Below are positions 51,501-64,000 of a DNA stretch of 64,000 bases, piece after piece. The notes below the pieces were generated by a model. The model was given only the letters and a program-made list of their open reading frames with translations. It ran no database searches and was not told the origin of the DNA. Within the stretch, counting starts at the first letter, position 1. Every line of letters starts with the position of its first letter. Source of the stretch: Botryllus schlosseri (lineage: Eukaryota); the NCBI GenBank assembly GCA_051294905.1, contig CM119371.1, forward strand, positions 33,916,001 through 33,980,000. The letters run 5' to 3'. A program made the position numbers and the translations under genes.

Positions 51501-54500
51501 CCCCGGTAATGATCAACTTAATATCGCCTTTTCATTGACGGAACTTGCCATGGCTTTAAGAACCAAGAAAAATACGTCACCTGGGGGCGACCAATTATGC
51601 TATGCTATGTTCAAAAATCTTCCGCACCAAGGTTTACTGAGATTGCTTGAGATAACAAATTACTCTTGGTCAACGGGTACTATTCCGAAACATTGGAGTC
51701 ATGCTGTGATAATCCCTATCTTGAAGCCGCGTAAAGATCTTACCTCTGCCAACTCTTATCGTCCTATTTCCCTGACCAGCCATATGTGCGAAGTAATGGA
51801 AACTATGGCGGCGAATAGACGTTCATGGTACTTGGAAAAAAATGGATTACTACATACATCACAGTCCGGGTTTAGGAGAGGGAGACGAGCCCTCGATCAC
51901 GTTCTTCGATTGCATAACACAGTTTATCGAGCAATTAACAATGGACGGGTTGTAGTAGCGGTTTTCCTTGACATTAAGCGGGCTTATGACATGGTATGGC
52001 GTGATGGATTAATTTTGAAACTGAAACGACTCGGAATTTGTGGAGAAATGTTAAATTGGAAAAAATGCTTTTTATCAAACCGAACATTTCAAGTAAGGAT
52101 TGGATGCACTCTCTCAGGAATCCATGAATTGGAAAATGGTATCCCACAAGGAAGTGTACTATTACCTTTATTTTTTGCAATTATGATTAATTACCTTCCT
52201 CAAGTTATATGTTCCCAGCTTGGACTATATGCCGACGACTGTGCAATCTGACAATCTGGGCTCAATATTATTGAGCCGAAGCAGAGTATTCAATCTAGCC
52301 TAACTGCGATCTCCAACTGGTGTACTAAATGGGGTTTTGTTTTATCGAAGGAGAAGACGGTCGCCATGCCCTTTACAAGAAGGCGTTAAGTCACGATCCC
52401 TGAATTACGCATTGATAATCAATTTTGTGGACAACTTCAAGTATCAGGGAATTATTTTTGACAAGAAACTGAACTACAAGGGGCACATCGACTACGTAGC
52501 GATGAAATGTGCGGGCCGCATAAATTTACTCAGAATGCTTTCAGGTACCACATGGGGAGCATCCAATAATCTTCTAGCTGTGCTCTACAGGACTCTCATC
52601 AGGTCAGTAATCGAATACGGTATGGAAGCATACTTCTTCGCTCCGAAGACATATCTGAAGAAAGTCGAGACTATTCGCAATCAAGCTTTACGTATATGTT
52701 GCGGAGCGATGGTCAGTACACCAATTTCTGTAATTGAAATTGAATGCAATGATATGCCTCTATCCCTACGGCACTTGTATCTGTGTTTAGAATATAGATA
52801 TTGTCTCAGCACCCAACAAACTCACCCAACTAGTTCGATATTGGAAGAATCATGGGAAGATATATACAGCTTAATAAATGAGAGATTTTCAACCTTTCGA
52901 TCCTTAACCAGTGGTGCGGACCTTCGCGATTTGCACGTAACTGGGCAAGTCGTATTAAAAAACCCTCCGTGGATTGCTCAAGAACCTGATGTAGACTCAT
53001 CATTAACAAAATCATTTGGCAGAAATTCCCCTGCAGAAATTATTCAGGTGGTATTCCGGGACCATATTTTCTCGAACTACAGTGATCATACACTTGTATA
53101 TACGGATGGTTCAAAGACATTGTCAGGATGTGGGTATGCCGTATACATTCCTCGGTTGAATGTAAAATTGTCTGCGACGCTCCCTAAATGTTTTTCAATA
53201 TTTTATGTAGAGCTGCATGCCATCAAAGATGCATTATCGTGGGTTGAAAGGAACACGCAGAGTAAAATTGCTATAGTAAGTGACAGTTTGAGTGCCCTAA
53301 CCGCTATCGCCAATCATGGATCGGTCAATGACTACGTTGTGAACGATATATTAGAAGATATTGCAGAACTTCAAAATAACACTAAATCAATCACGTTCAT
53401 CTGGATACCTGGGCATGCTGGTATTCGTGGTAACGAAATCGCCGATCAAATAGCCAAAGACGCTGCGTCAAGAAGGGATGAAGGGAACAATCACTTATTA
53501 CCTCTGCGTGGTGCACTGTCCGTCTTAAGACACCATTGTAGATTTGAATGGGATCAGATATACAAAAGCACTGAGATCGGAAGAGCGTATAAGTATCTGC
53601 GACCATCAATTACCGACGATATAGCTCAAATTGGAACACGGCGAGGAGACGTAATTCTACTAAGATTAGGAAGCGGCCATTGCAGACTGAATCAACATCT
53701 GCATAAGATCCGTTGTTCTGAGACTCCACTATATGTCAGCAATGTAATGCAGAAGAATCTGTAGAGCACTTTTTGTTACATTGTGTGAGATATCAACATC
53801 AAAGGAGACAACTACATCATGCTGCGCGAGTGAGCCGAATAAATTGGGAGTTGAAAGACGTTTTAACAGATCCAACGATATTGGATAATGTTGTACAGTT
53901 GGTGATATCTTCGGGACGACTTATGTAGTATAGCTAATACATGTTGTATATTCATTATTTGTATAACCAAATGTTGTGTTTGTATATTGTCGGCTAGCTC
54001 CTTGTATTGAATGTGCATGTTCGTAAACCCATAGAACTGAGCGATTCTGTATATATTTGGATAATGTCAATTCATTGTTAAAACAAGTATAGAAGTGGCG
54101 CACAAAACCTGTGCCGTGATAAGCGCCACTATCACGATTTTTACTTATAATAATAATAATAATTAATAATTTGAAGGAGCTGACTCGAGTAAACTGTAGT
54201 CAAATCGAATTTTCGAAGTGCCAATAAATATTCAAGTCATTGCATATTTACAAGATGATTGACGTACAGATTATTAGTCGCTATATATAGAGGTAATTGT
54301 GCATGCATGCACAAAGCGAATTTTTAAATGGGATCAGTTTATAAATTACAAATGTAAAAGCTGTGGGGTAATGTAAAAGCTGTGGGGTAACAGTTGAACA
54401 GATAACTACTAAGGGATTAAGTACAGCTTTGAGACTGTCTCTTGGCTTATTTGAAAAATACAACTCAACAGAGAGTAAAGCACGATTCCGGCCGTAACAT

Positions 54501-57395
54501 TGGTAATGGACCGGTAGCAAAGATTCCGTGCGATGTGTGCACCGGGAAGTGACTGGAGATCAATTGACATTGGAGAAACGATATTCTCTTGATACAAATA
54601 TTGAAAAGTTGGTGACACCGGCGTCAAAGGATTGCAAATTGGTTTCAAAGGCTAAGGCGTGCTCTAATTCCAAACTTGTGATGATGGGATTCATCATAGT
54701 CACATTCCCACGGGTTTTCAGTTTCGCTCTTTGAATACCGATTGTTACAAAATTTCAACGCAAAATGAGTTGAAAGGAGTCTAAGGAGTCTTTTTTGGAT
54801 TTGGGACGAGTTCCATCCTTCGTCGAATTAATATAGCTACGACAGCGCATGATATTGCGACTCCAGAATTCCTACCCTAGTGTTGGAGGTTTATCTAGGC
54901 TCCAACTCGTCATCTCAACCGTGTCAACGGTGTCTTATCAAAATCCTAGAAGTGGGCCGTGCTACAAGTCATCAGTTACGGAATAAAAATTGAGTAATTG
55001 GCCTGGTGTAATTGATAATAGTAGTCGACAAATACTATGAATACCTCAAACAAACAAACAGACTATAAAATGGGATTAACTTGTGTCGTAACCTTGTGAC
55101 TTTAATAACATACTGTTAGGGTAAGCTCTAGTTATTGTGAATGAATCGCTCGAACCAAACTCATGTCCAAGTTAGGTTACTAAATATTATTGGTTATGCG
55201 GTTGGCCCCCCGTTTCACCACAGTTAACACTTGGAAATCGCTTGAATTATTCATACGATGTTTTACGATCCGCTTACCACGACATACCCACATAAGTGCG
55301 CTTGGGCGAGTATTTAGTGTCTTACAACAGGCTTGCCAGTCAGCATTCACGTGGCAGCGTTGTGCAGCTGCTGATACTATCTGCCTTCTGCGTGACCTTA
55401 GGGCTGGTGAGATGGGGGTTGGTGATGTTGGATGGAAAATGATCGTCAATGTTTGATAACTGTAACATAATAATTGAATTGTTCCCGAGTCGGTTTTATG
55501 GTGGGATGAGATTGAATAATATTTCAGATACCAGAAGTGCAGGCGGAATTGACCAAGAACACAAGTTTGATACCAAATATCGTTCATTTCATATGGTTCA
55601 ACTGTCACAAATTCAAATTGCACCATTTCCTCAGGCAAGTTTCGTTATTTATCACCGGTGTGGCATTAATTAACGTATACTTTTTCTGTTGGTGATCTCT
55701 ACTATAGGCCTACATAGTGAGATTTATTGCGTTCGTGGTGCGTGCCAATTGACGATGCTTAATTAATGCCACATTATCACTATCAAGGCTGTTCCAGGGT
55801 GTTGTTAATAGTGCGGGGCGGATCGACAAAGTCTCGGATCCGGACTCCGATGCTGTTTTTCAATTCTCTGGTTCGACACCGATCCTACTCCCGTGCTTGG
55901 TTCTTGAAGTGACAGTGATCCTGTCATCGACGAGTTTCTTTTTCTAGTGAACTACAAAACAGTAGATCATAGGGTACGGGATGCAGGATATATGGTAACA
56001 AAATCAACATGACAATACAAACTCCGAGTTGATTCAATACAAAAGTGATAGGCTGGAATCGAATATAAAAACACAATGAACGGAAGATAGACTCACAGGT
56101 TGGTATTGAAAATTGAAACAAAACAAACATGAAATTAAAAACTAAAAGACCAAGACAAACCCCGATCTGAAGTAATTATCCCAACTATGGATGTGGTTTA
56201 TTTCAATGAATTGCTCAATGCAACAATTGATTCCCGGGTGGAAGAGGACAAGGCGACCCTTGTCTTAGTAATGGCATGGCCACACGTAGGTTACTAAATA
56301 GTCGCTCACTGGCAGAATTAGATGCTGGTATTGAATTAATATCTTGTTCCTCTCGGCTTAAGAAGTCAAATTGTCACTTGTCTGTCGGAGATGACCAAAA
56401 CTTGATAATACTTAAGCGGCTCGGATCTTGGTCATAATGTGATTCCGATGTTGCTGGCGTGTGGTTGATGGTTACTATTACAACAGTTATGCTCGTCTAT
56501 ATCAATTGTCATCGTATCATAAAATGTACTGATCCGACTCCGATCCGGCTCCTTCCGGGCCAGAAAAAATGCTAATCCGGCTCCGAAACAGCTCCGGCCA
56601 AAATAAGAATATCCTGCCAGATATCCAATCCGGTTATGATCCATGCCCCGCTTTAGTTGTTAATGTGAGTGTTTTCGATTCGACGATTTTAGTAGTACTA
56701 ATCAGGTTCTCTAGGTTCCGCGTGTCTACATTCGTTCAGTATGTAGCTCTCTAAAAGACATATTGACTGTAAATCGTCATAAAGAACGGGACCTATAACA
56801 ATATAACGGTCACAATAGGGCTGAAAGGCCAACCATCGATTGGGGACACGGGTCGATATCAACGGAAACGTTCGTATAATAGTTTACGACTGGAACTTAG
56901 CTGCATCTATACGCAGGATGTTACGAACCCCAAACTCAATCACTCTCATGCAGGCTAAGCTAGCTTACCTTTGGTATCACATGGGCACGCGACAAAGTGG
57001 CCATCATGACCATAAAATGTGAGTGCCATTAAACCAAGGGATTTCAATGATATCAATTATATTGCTCATACTTTGAAAATGATCAGATAGTGCCTTGAGA
57101 GTACACGGCAATTTAGATGACGGGATTAGGATAGAAGCCTTATTTAGTACCGGCTGACCAACTCTGTACTCATGAATGCAGTAAAATGGATGCTGCTTTC
57201 GAAACTTTATTTCGTCGTATTTTTTTCTCCAGTTTCAAGAGTGCACTCGAGATCCACAAACCCAGATTGATACTGGTACACGCCGATTGTCCGCCTGATG
57301 GACCGCATTTTGAAAAATTTTCGCAGCTCGCCGGGCCTAGGCTGAAAATAGTAAGACGATCACAGCCGACGGCGGTATGGGGTATTACAGTTCAG
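42599..57395 (+). CDS. Host type II membrane glycosyltransferase, GT32/Gly_transf_sug-like, 5' part only; possibly a pseudogene
   Basis: Exons: 42599-42766 (basic tail + TM anchor); 43055-46558 (damaged, split by a Kolobok-like element); 47938-48075; 55528-55634 (IPNIVHFIWFNCHKFKLHHFLS); 57232-57395 (FKSALEIHKPRLILVHADCPPDG...PTAVWGITVQ). Splice phases are consistent. DXD exon not found in the window. Confidence 0.72.
43353..46150. mobile_element. Kolobok-like non-autonomous DNA element
   Basis: TTAA TSD, GG...CC termini, TIR ggccctaaggtgcagct. Confidence 0.8.
44372..45513. mobile_element. hAT-type MITE nested in the Kolobok-like element
   Basis: cagaggtctcaaac TIRs, 8-bp TSD gtttaaag. A related left end lies at ~37607. 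Confidence 0.9.
48597..50119 (-). mobile_element. Older long-TIR (~380 bp) DNA element with CAC...GTG ends and a transposase N-terminal remnant
   Basis: 48597-48980 is an imperfect inverted repeat of ~49710-50119. ORF 49140-49511 has LPTLDQVLQYL...EEVVKVWNMTRIP, recalled from DNA-transposase N-termini. TSD unresolved. Confidence 0.6.
50175..50457 (+). mobile_element. tRNA-derived SINE
   Basis: A box tagcgtagttg, B box gggttcgagtcc, shared body, A-rich tail. Further copies or fragments at 54858-55060 (+), 35270-35360 (-), ~57480-57680 (-). Confidence 0.82.
50571..54168 (+). mobile_element. I-group (Nimb/I-like) LINE with RNase H, 5'-truncated, inactivated
   Basis: GDFNAHH and SDH (APE); SYRPISLTS, FLDIKRAYD, GIPQGSVL, YADD (RT); YTDGSK, WIPGHAGIRGNEIAD (RNase H); C-terminal zinc-knuckle remnant; (TAA)n tail; TSD att(g/t)gaaggagc. 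Confidence 0.93.
55809..56655. mobile_element. hAT-type MITE
   Basis: tagtgcggggc / gccccgcttta ends, atccgg repeats, 8-bp TSD gttgttaa. Confidence 0.8.
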
Positions 57396-58960
57396 GTATT
57401 GTACTGTGTTAATTGGCACAACACAGTGGAGCTTATCGCCTCACTAGGCCTTGTGCTCCAAGACGTTAATATCATAAAGTCCGTTGGTCTTTGCTTTTTT
57501 GTCTTACTGGGAGTATTTCTCAGTCTGGGCGTTTTCATTGCGCTACCGTAGTAGTGAGGTCGGCGACGAAGAGCCCAGATAAACCTCCGACACGTAGACG
57601 TTGATCAGAACCGGGATTTGAACCAGCGTCGATTGGTGTTTGACAAGAGCGTTTAACTAACTGCACCACTCGCTTCCCAACACAGTATAGGTAAATTACC
57701 TTTCAAAAGTGAGTACTGGAAACAAAGTCACCGCAGTTTCTATCCGGCCGTACTTCGACTCGCATAATACATAGATCGATGTTGTACATGTGTGATTGTG
57801 TATAGTGAGTACATAAGCTGAAAATAGTAAGACTGTCACAACCGACGGGCGTTTGGGGTATTAACTTTCACCGAAGCTCCGGAAGTCTTGGCGTATCGTG
57901 GAGTGGTAATAACTGATGCTGAAATGCCTATATTTTTGTCTAATTTTTTGCGAAATAATTTTGTGCATGTGCGGCAGTACGGTTCTGATTGTGGATACCA
58001 GTACCAAAGTCACTGCGGTTTCCATCCGACCGTAACTTCTAGGCGCATAATATATAGATCGATGCAGCCTATTGTTGAGGGAGGATAGTGTAACTCCATC
58101 ATACCAATGTATCTGGGACAGGGGCGGTCAGTGACAAGGTACCTTTACTTTTTCAAAATGCTTCAAGCAGATTCTGCCTATTCGCACTAATACTTCCTTG
58201 GGTGGAGTTTGATTTTAGACTATATTCCGTCACTCGTAGAGGGTGGCACAAGCCTAATTCTAAATTATATCACGGCCATAAATCACAGGTACCGGTGTGT
58301 ACGAAACTGTAACTGTTGCAATCCAAACCTCCCAATTGAGGGGAGTGAGTTCGAGAGGGCTCAAAATTATTTCATGACGGAACATAAAATATGAAATACA
58401 TTTTATTTGATCATTTATGCGACTTTTTGAAAAATATTTCGCGCTAGGCGCAATTTAATGTTACTAAATATCTAGCTTATTGGGTGGGCTTACCCTTTGC
58501 CCAAGAAAAATGCGAAACAGAGAGAGAGAGAGAGAATTTATTTGGTTCCATAAACATTGAAAATACATAGATACATGAATACAAAGCTAAGTAGCCTATT
58601 TATGATTCAATTCAGAACCAGGTGGTAGCGAAGGGATCGCGAGATAACCAAGATGTAGGAAGTTTATACCAACATTGGTTTGACAGCGAGGAAACCTCGG
58701 CCGAAAAAGACTGCCTTTATGTTGACCAATAACGTCTGTCTAATTGTCGATCGATGGATAAATTACTGGTGTCCAATGCTTCTCAGAGACAATATTTGAA
58801 GAGTGCGGCGAGACGGAACCATGTCGACATGACAGTACGGGCCCTAACATCCAGTCCATATACATTTCAGACTGTTATTGAATTCGTATTAGCCACCCGA
58901 TTAATCTAATTTTTGCGGATATAATATTTTCGACGTGGTCTGGTGCACTAGACCTTAGTA

Positions 58961-59503
58961 CAGGGGCGGGCAACTTCTCCAGTCAGCGGGCCGGATGTAG
59001 GAAAATTAAGTACTTGGCGGGCCGGATAGCTGAATCGATACAATATTAGCCCATTTATCCTCATATACAAAGAATAAATCGCATGAAATGAATGTATTGT
59101 AACGACAGCTATGTCATTTCAAAGCCATTTCTCGCCGATGTTGAGGAAGACAATGCGGATTTGAGAACATCATTGTCATACAAGCGCCGCCATATCTGCT
59201 TCTGTCTGATCGATCAACACATGGTGCAATCCTTAATTAAGATTTCAAGGCGTTCGATAAGCCCGGTACCACAAATTTACCAAGATATCGATCCATTTTG
59301 GTTGAGTACATCGTAAATGCCGATAATGAAAGTCTTCTCGCTTCTACGAACTTACGCGTAAGCTCTCCTGTGGCACGCATTCCCGGTAATGGTTTTCTCG
59401 GTATTGACCCGACACCGGCCGGCGGGCCACATTATCAACTAAGACGGGAAACTGTCCGCGGGCCGGACAAAATCGTTCGCGGGCCGTATGTTGCCCGCCC
59501 CTG
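58961..59503. mobile_element. hAT-type MITE
   Basis: caggggcgggcaac TIRs, 8-bp TSD ccttagta. Confidence 0.9.
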
Positions 59504-60097
59504 CCTTAGTAGTTAAGCACCATTAACCCCACATACAACAACAACACAACAACTGGTGTCGAATCTTCCTGCACTGGCAATCTAAAAGCCAAAGGACAAG
59601 TGCCATCCCGCAGGGAAAATTTTTTTGTCAGTGAAGAAACACCGATTTGGAATCGTGTGCTTCTTTTAGTTCAGTTCGATTGAGCGTTTCTAATATCTTT
59701 TGATATAGCAGGCAGGCGGTCACGAAATAGCAACTGTAACGAAGTAATTAAACCGACGCACCCGCCGGAATATGTTAAGGGACTAAGCTGCGGCTCGATT
59801 TGGTAATCAGTCATACACCTATAACTTCGAAACTAGGAGAGCAATATTTGTGAAATTTGAATATAGCTTTCAATACAACATCCATTGTAGCAGTATATTT
59901 ATTAAACTCGAAGACTTTTCGGGTGCCTCTTTTCAAGAGTTATCGGCACACTAAAGGGATTTAAACCGATTTAAAAGCAAAACCAAAAAGGCAAAGTATG
60001 ACGCAACAATCAAAATCACAGACCATGAAATTCGCATTGTATCAATGGCAACAATAACAAACTACGAAGTATACGGACATACGGTACTATAGTAGCA

Positions 60098-61234
60098 TAG
60101 GGTTGCCATACGTCCGGAATTTCCCGGACATGTCCGGAATTTCACTATTAAAACTGCGTCCGGGGGGAATTTCTAAAATATGCCTAAATGTCCGGAATTT
60201 TGAAGGCTTGAAGTAAGGTCATAATTTTTTCGTAAATCAACGTAAACAATATTATTTTTGGGCAGATTTATGCTACATGAAATTTTTCTTCGCGCGGGGC
60301 GCGATTTAGTATCGTACATGTTGGTTTTAATATGGGGACTATAACACTCTCGCAAAACTGCGATCAAAAATAAATAAAAATAACATTCATTTACAAAAAT
60401 GAGTGTAATTATAATCGCAATTGCAAGATCACAGTGTGTTCATAGAGTCGGGTTAGGCCGTTTGAATGCTTTATTCAAAGACAGGTTCTAAACCTGGGGG
60501 TATAGTTTACCTTTATTCTGGGGTTCGCGAATATGTTGAACATAATCAGCTTCAAAAATAGGCCATGAGTAAGTCTGGACAAATATGGCAACCTTTAATT
60601 AGTAATCAGCTCATCAAATCCTAAGCTAGACCACGGAACATTTTCAAATTGGAAATGGAGTAGAGACCATAAAAGGTTGGAAACCACCGGATGTGCAGTG
60701 TTTATAAAGCTCCGTGGTGCAGTACGGTATTAGGTCGATAAGTAATCTTGCAGGTGTGACGTGAACACGACTTAGCGATGTACAATTACGCTCCTGACAT
60801 TTTCGAAGTCATCATCCTCCACCAGGTCTACCGCTAACTCTGATCATGTGGGCGGAGAGAGGATCAAAATTATATAGTTGTATATGGAAGAACCAATATT
60901 TTTGATATAACTAATTCAAATCATTTAACGACCAGATGCATTTAGTAAGCCCCCAGAAGTTGCATCGATTACCCTGCGGTGGGCCCTAGATCAGTGTTTA
61001 TTTGTGCGGGAGGGGACTGAAAAAAATGTGACTTCAGCCCTAGTTACAACTTAAACACACAACCACATACTCCTGAACCAGATCATGACCAATGACCATC
61101 TCTACAGTCGACAGAACAAGCTTTGCTAGTGTGACGTCATATTGATTGACAATGTGCTTATACCTCATTTTCAAATCCGCTAGTGGGCGCTAAAGAGTGT
61201 CCGGATTTTGTTAAACCAAAATATGGTAACCCTA
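60098..61234. mobile_element. hAT-type MITE in the Penelope 3' UTR
   Basis: tagggttgccata / tatggtaacccta ends, 8-bp TSD tagtagca. Confidence 0.9.
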
Positions 61235-61286
61235 TAGTAGCAGCACAATTTGTAAATAAACAGTTACACGCACGGAACAACACGCA

Positions 61287-63288
61287 CTAATGAGAAATTT
61301 GTAGGTTATAGAGGAAATCTTTCTGTCTGCATAAAATAGGTTTGCTCAACTGAATAATAGTAGACTCCAACACTTTTAAATGAAACACAGACCTACCACG
61401 CGCGATGACAGTGAACATATTGTCATCATAGTGCTGTGCACAGGCAAGGTTTTCGCTCAGATGCTGACCGATTGACGAAGCATATGCTTGGTAATCATCA
61501 TAGCAGTCTGTTTTTGCAGCCAATTTGCACTGACGTGCGAGCTCCGTGCGATCATTTGCGCATGTTTTTGACCGAACCAATTTTGGGATATGCTGCTTAA
61601 TACGCTCAAACAATCTTTGAGATGTACGTCCTACATACCTACTATCACAGTGGCACTTGTATTGGTAAACAACATTACTTGCATTAAAGGCAGGAAGTAC
61701 ATCTTTTCGAGAGTTGGGTAACAAGGGTTTCGTCGTGTACACTACATGCGTGTTAACGCTGTAGTAGCAACGGTGAACAGCCGATTTAATAAGCTTTTCA
61801 AATCGGCTCGACACGTTACCTAGCCAAGGTAGGTGTAAAAATGCCGGGCATTTTTCTGGGCCATATTTTGGAGCTGTATCCGATTTTTTCAATACCCTAG
61901 AAAAGGGAGCATTTTAATTTGTGGTCCGGATAGCCATTTTTGGAGAGAATCAAGTGGATATCATCCAATTCGCGTGACAGTTTTTCCGGTGAGCAGATGC
62001 GCAAGGCGCGATTAACGAGAGATGAAATGAGGTTTAATTTACGCCGCTTCGGGCAGAATGAATCCCAACGAATGTAATGACCAGTGAAAGTAGGTTTTCT
62101 GTACACCGACGTTAAAAACGTTTGTCCTGATCTCTCTACTAAGACTTCTAAAAAGGGAAGGGCAGCATCAGTTTCCTTTTCCACGGTAAATTGTAGAGCT
62201 GGATGGAGACAATTCAATTTTTCGAAAAAAGTATTACACTCTCGCTCATTTTTAAAGGCAACAAAGGTGTCATCGACATATCTAAAATAGAGGAGAGGTT
62301 TTGCGACGTTTTCAAACAATTTCTTTTCATGGTATCCCACGAATATATCGGCCAGACTAGGTCCCAACGGTGAACCCATCGAAATACCATTGCATTGACG
62401 GAACATCGTGTCATTAAAGCTGAATTCAACGCTACTAGTAGCAGTTTGCAACAATTCAAGAAATATTTCACGCGGTAGTTTCGGAGGTTCAAGCGTGCCA
62501 TCATAAAGCGCGTCTGCGCAGATTTCGAAAGTTTCCGACAATGGTACGTTAGTAAAAAGACTTTTCACATCAAATGAGCTGAGAAATACATTGGACGGAT
62601 TTAATTTGGCGCGTTTTAATTCGTCTACAAACGTGAACGAGTCGCGAACGCAGTGGTGCGTATACAAGGATCGAACTGGCTCAATGACGGTGTTAAGCCA
62701 TTTGGCTAAATTATGCTGTGCTGATCCACACATAGACAATATGGGGCGAAGAGGTACGTTATCTTTATGTGTTTTCGGTGAACCGTACATACGCGGCCGT
62801 TGTGATCCCGTTGGGCGTAGAGACTCGTACAGATTTGAAGGAAGTACTCCATCCTTCTTCAGTTTGAGAAGGCGACGCTGCAGCTTCATTTCTAACTTGC
62901 GCGTGTTATCGTTCATGTCGGCAGGACCCAGGTTGGTGAACTTTGACGAATCTTGAAGAATGGATTCCATTTTCATGTTGTAATCTGCCCGGTTCAAAAT
63001 CACAACTCCAGAACCTTTGTCAGGTTTTGTGATGCAAATATTTTCGTTTGAACGTAAGGATTTGATGGCTTTAAGACAATCCTTGTTCATCAGAAAATCA
63101 CCGGCGTCCACTGGGGTGCCACAATACGCATGTGCAAGATCACTGAGCTTAGCTTTCATCGCAGAAAAATATTCCGGAGATAATGGTCTATGGTGTTGTA
63201 GTTGACCAATTACTACCTCGAAATCGGCGAATATTTCTTTTCTCTTAACGTTGTTGGGAGGCAAACAAAAATCCAATCCATGAGACAA
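61287..63288 (-). pseudogene. Penelope RT/GIY-YIG polyprotein with a frameshift at ~61895
   Basis: KPDKGSGVV, PLRPILS, SFDVKSLFTNVP, GISMGSPLGP, FRYVDDTF, VYRKPT, NVVYQYKCHCDSRYVGRTSQRLFERIKQH. Confidence 0.92.
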
Positions 63289-63307
63289 TTCAAATTCTTC
63301 GATATCA

Positions 63308-64000
63308 GTGATTTTCTGATGAACAAGGATTGTCTTAAAGCCATCAAATCCTTACGTTGAAACGAAAAAATTTGCATCACAAAACCTGACAAAGGTTCTG
63401 GAGTTGTGATTTTGAACCGGGCAGATTACAACATGAAAATGGAATCCATTCTTCAAGATTCGTCAAAGTTCACCAACCTGGGTCCTGCCGACATGAACGA
63501 TAACACGCGCAAGTTAGAAATGAAGCTGCAGCGTCGCCTTCTCAAACTGAAGAAGGATGGAGTACTTCCTTCAAATCTGTACGAGTCTCTACGCCCAACG
63601 GGATCACAACGGCCGCGTATGTACGGTTCACCGAAAACAAATAAAGATAACGTACCTCTTCGCCCCATATTGTCTATGTGTGGATCAGCACAGCATAATT
63701 TAGCCAAATGGCTTAACACCGTCATTGAGCCAGTTCGATCCTTGTATACGCACCACTGCGTTCGCGACTCGTTCACGTTTGTAGACGAATTAAAACGCGC
63801 CAAATTAAATCCGTCCAATGTATTTCTCAGCTCATTTGATGTGAAAAGTCTTTTTACTAACGTACCATTGTCGGAAACTTTCGAAATCTGCGCAGACGCG
63901 CTTTATGATGGCACGCTTGAACCTCCGAAACTACCGCGTGAAATATTTCTTGAATTGTTGCAAACTGCTACTAGTAGCGTTGAATTCAGCTTTAATGACA
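63308..64000 (+). mobile_element. Inverted duplicate of Penelope RT segment 62409-63101, running off the window
   Basis: Reverse complement with about 3 substitutions seen, one creating a TGA stop. Confidence 0.93.

Larger units (their letters stand above)
59858..63307 (-). mobile_element. Penelope-like retroelement (RT + GIY-YIG), 5'-truncated
   Basis: RT and GIY-YIG coding region 63288-61287. The 3' UTR has a hammerhead-like motif and AATAAA near 59900. Confidence 0.93.

Overview
AT-rich eukaryotic DNA, most likely from an animal (probably an invertebrate; the species cannot be read from the sequence), dominated by nested transposable elements. The first 26 kb is one ~1.3 kb TIR element (337-25916) stretched by insertions. 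These are a hAT MITE, a BED-finger hAT transposon, a 10.2 kb P/Galileo-type element that itself holds a Gypsy-type LTR element and a MITE, and a 10-bp-TSD element that holds an 8.7 kb Polinton/Maverick-like element with a full-length U6 snRNA. The rest contains many hAT MITEs, tRNA-derived SINEs, an RTE-like LINE, an I/Nimb-like LINE with RNase H, a Kolobok-like element, a Penelope-like retroelement with an inverted duplication, and exons of a host GT32-like glycosyltransferase gene. The three most notable observations: (1) the P-type element appears to encode a split transposase, with THAP plus catalytic core on the + strand and a P-transposase C-terminal-domain-like protein as a separate convergent gene; (2) the Polinton-like element carries an intact U6 directly against its right TIR; (3) the LTR element has no tRNA-type PBS, and its PBS is complementary to its own LTR in the geometry of self-priming. 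All family calls come from motif recognition by eye; no database searches were run.
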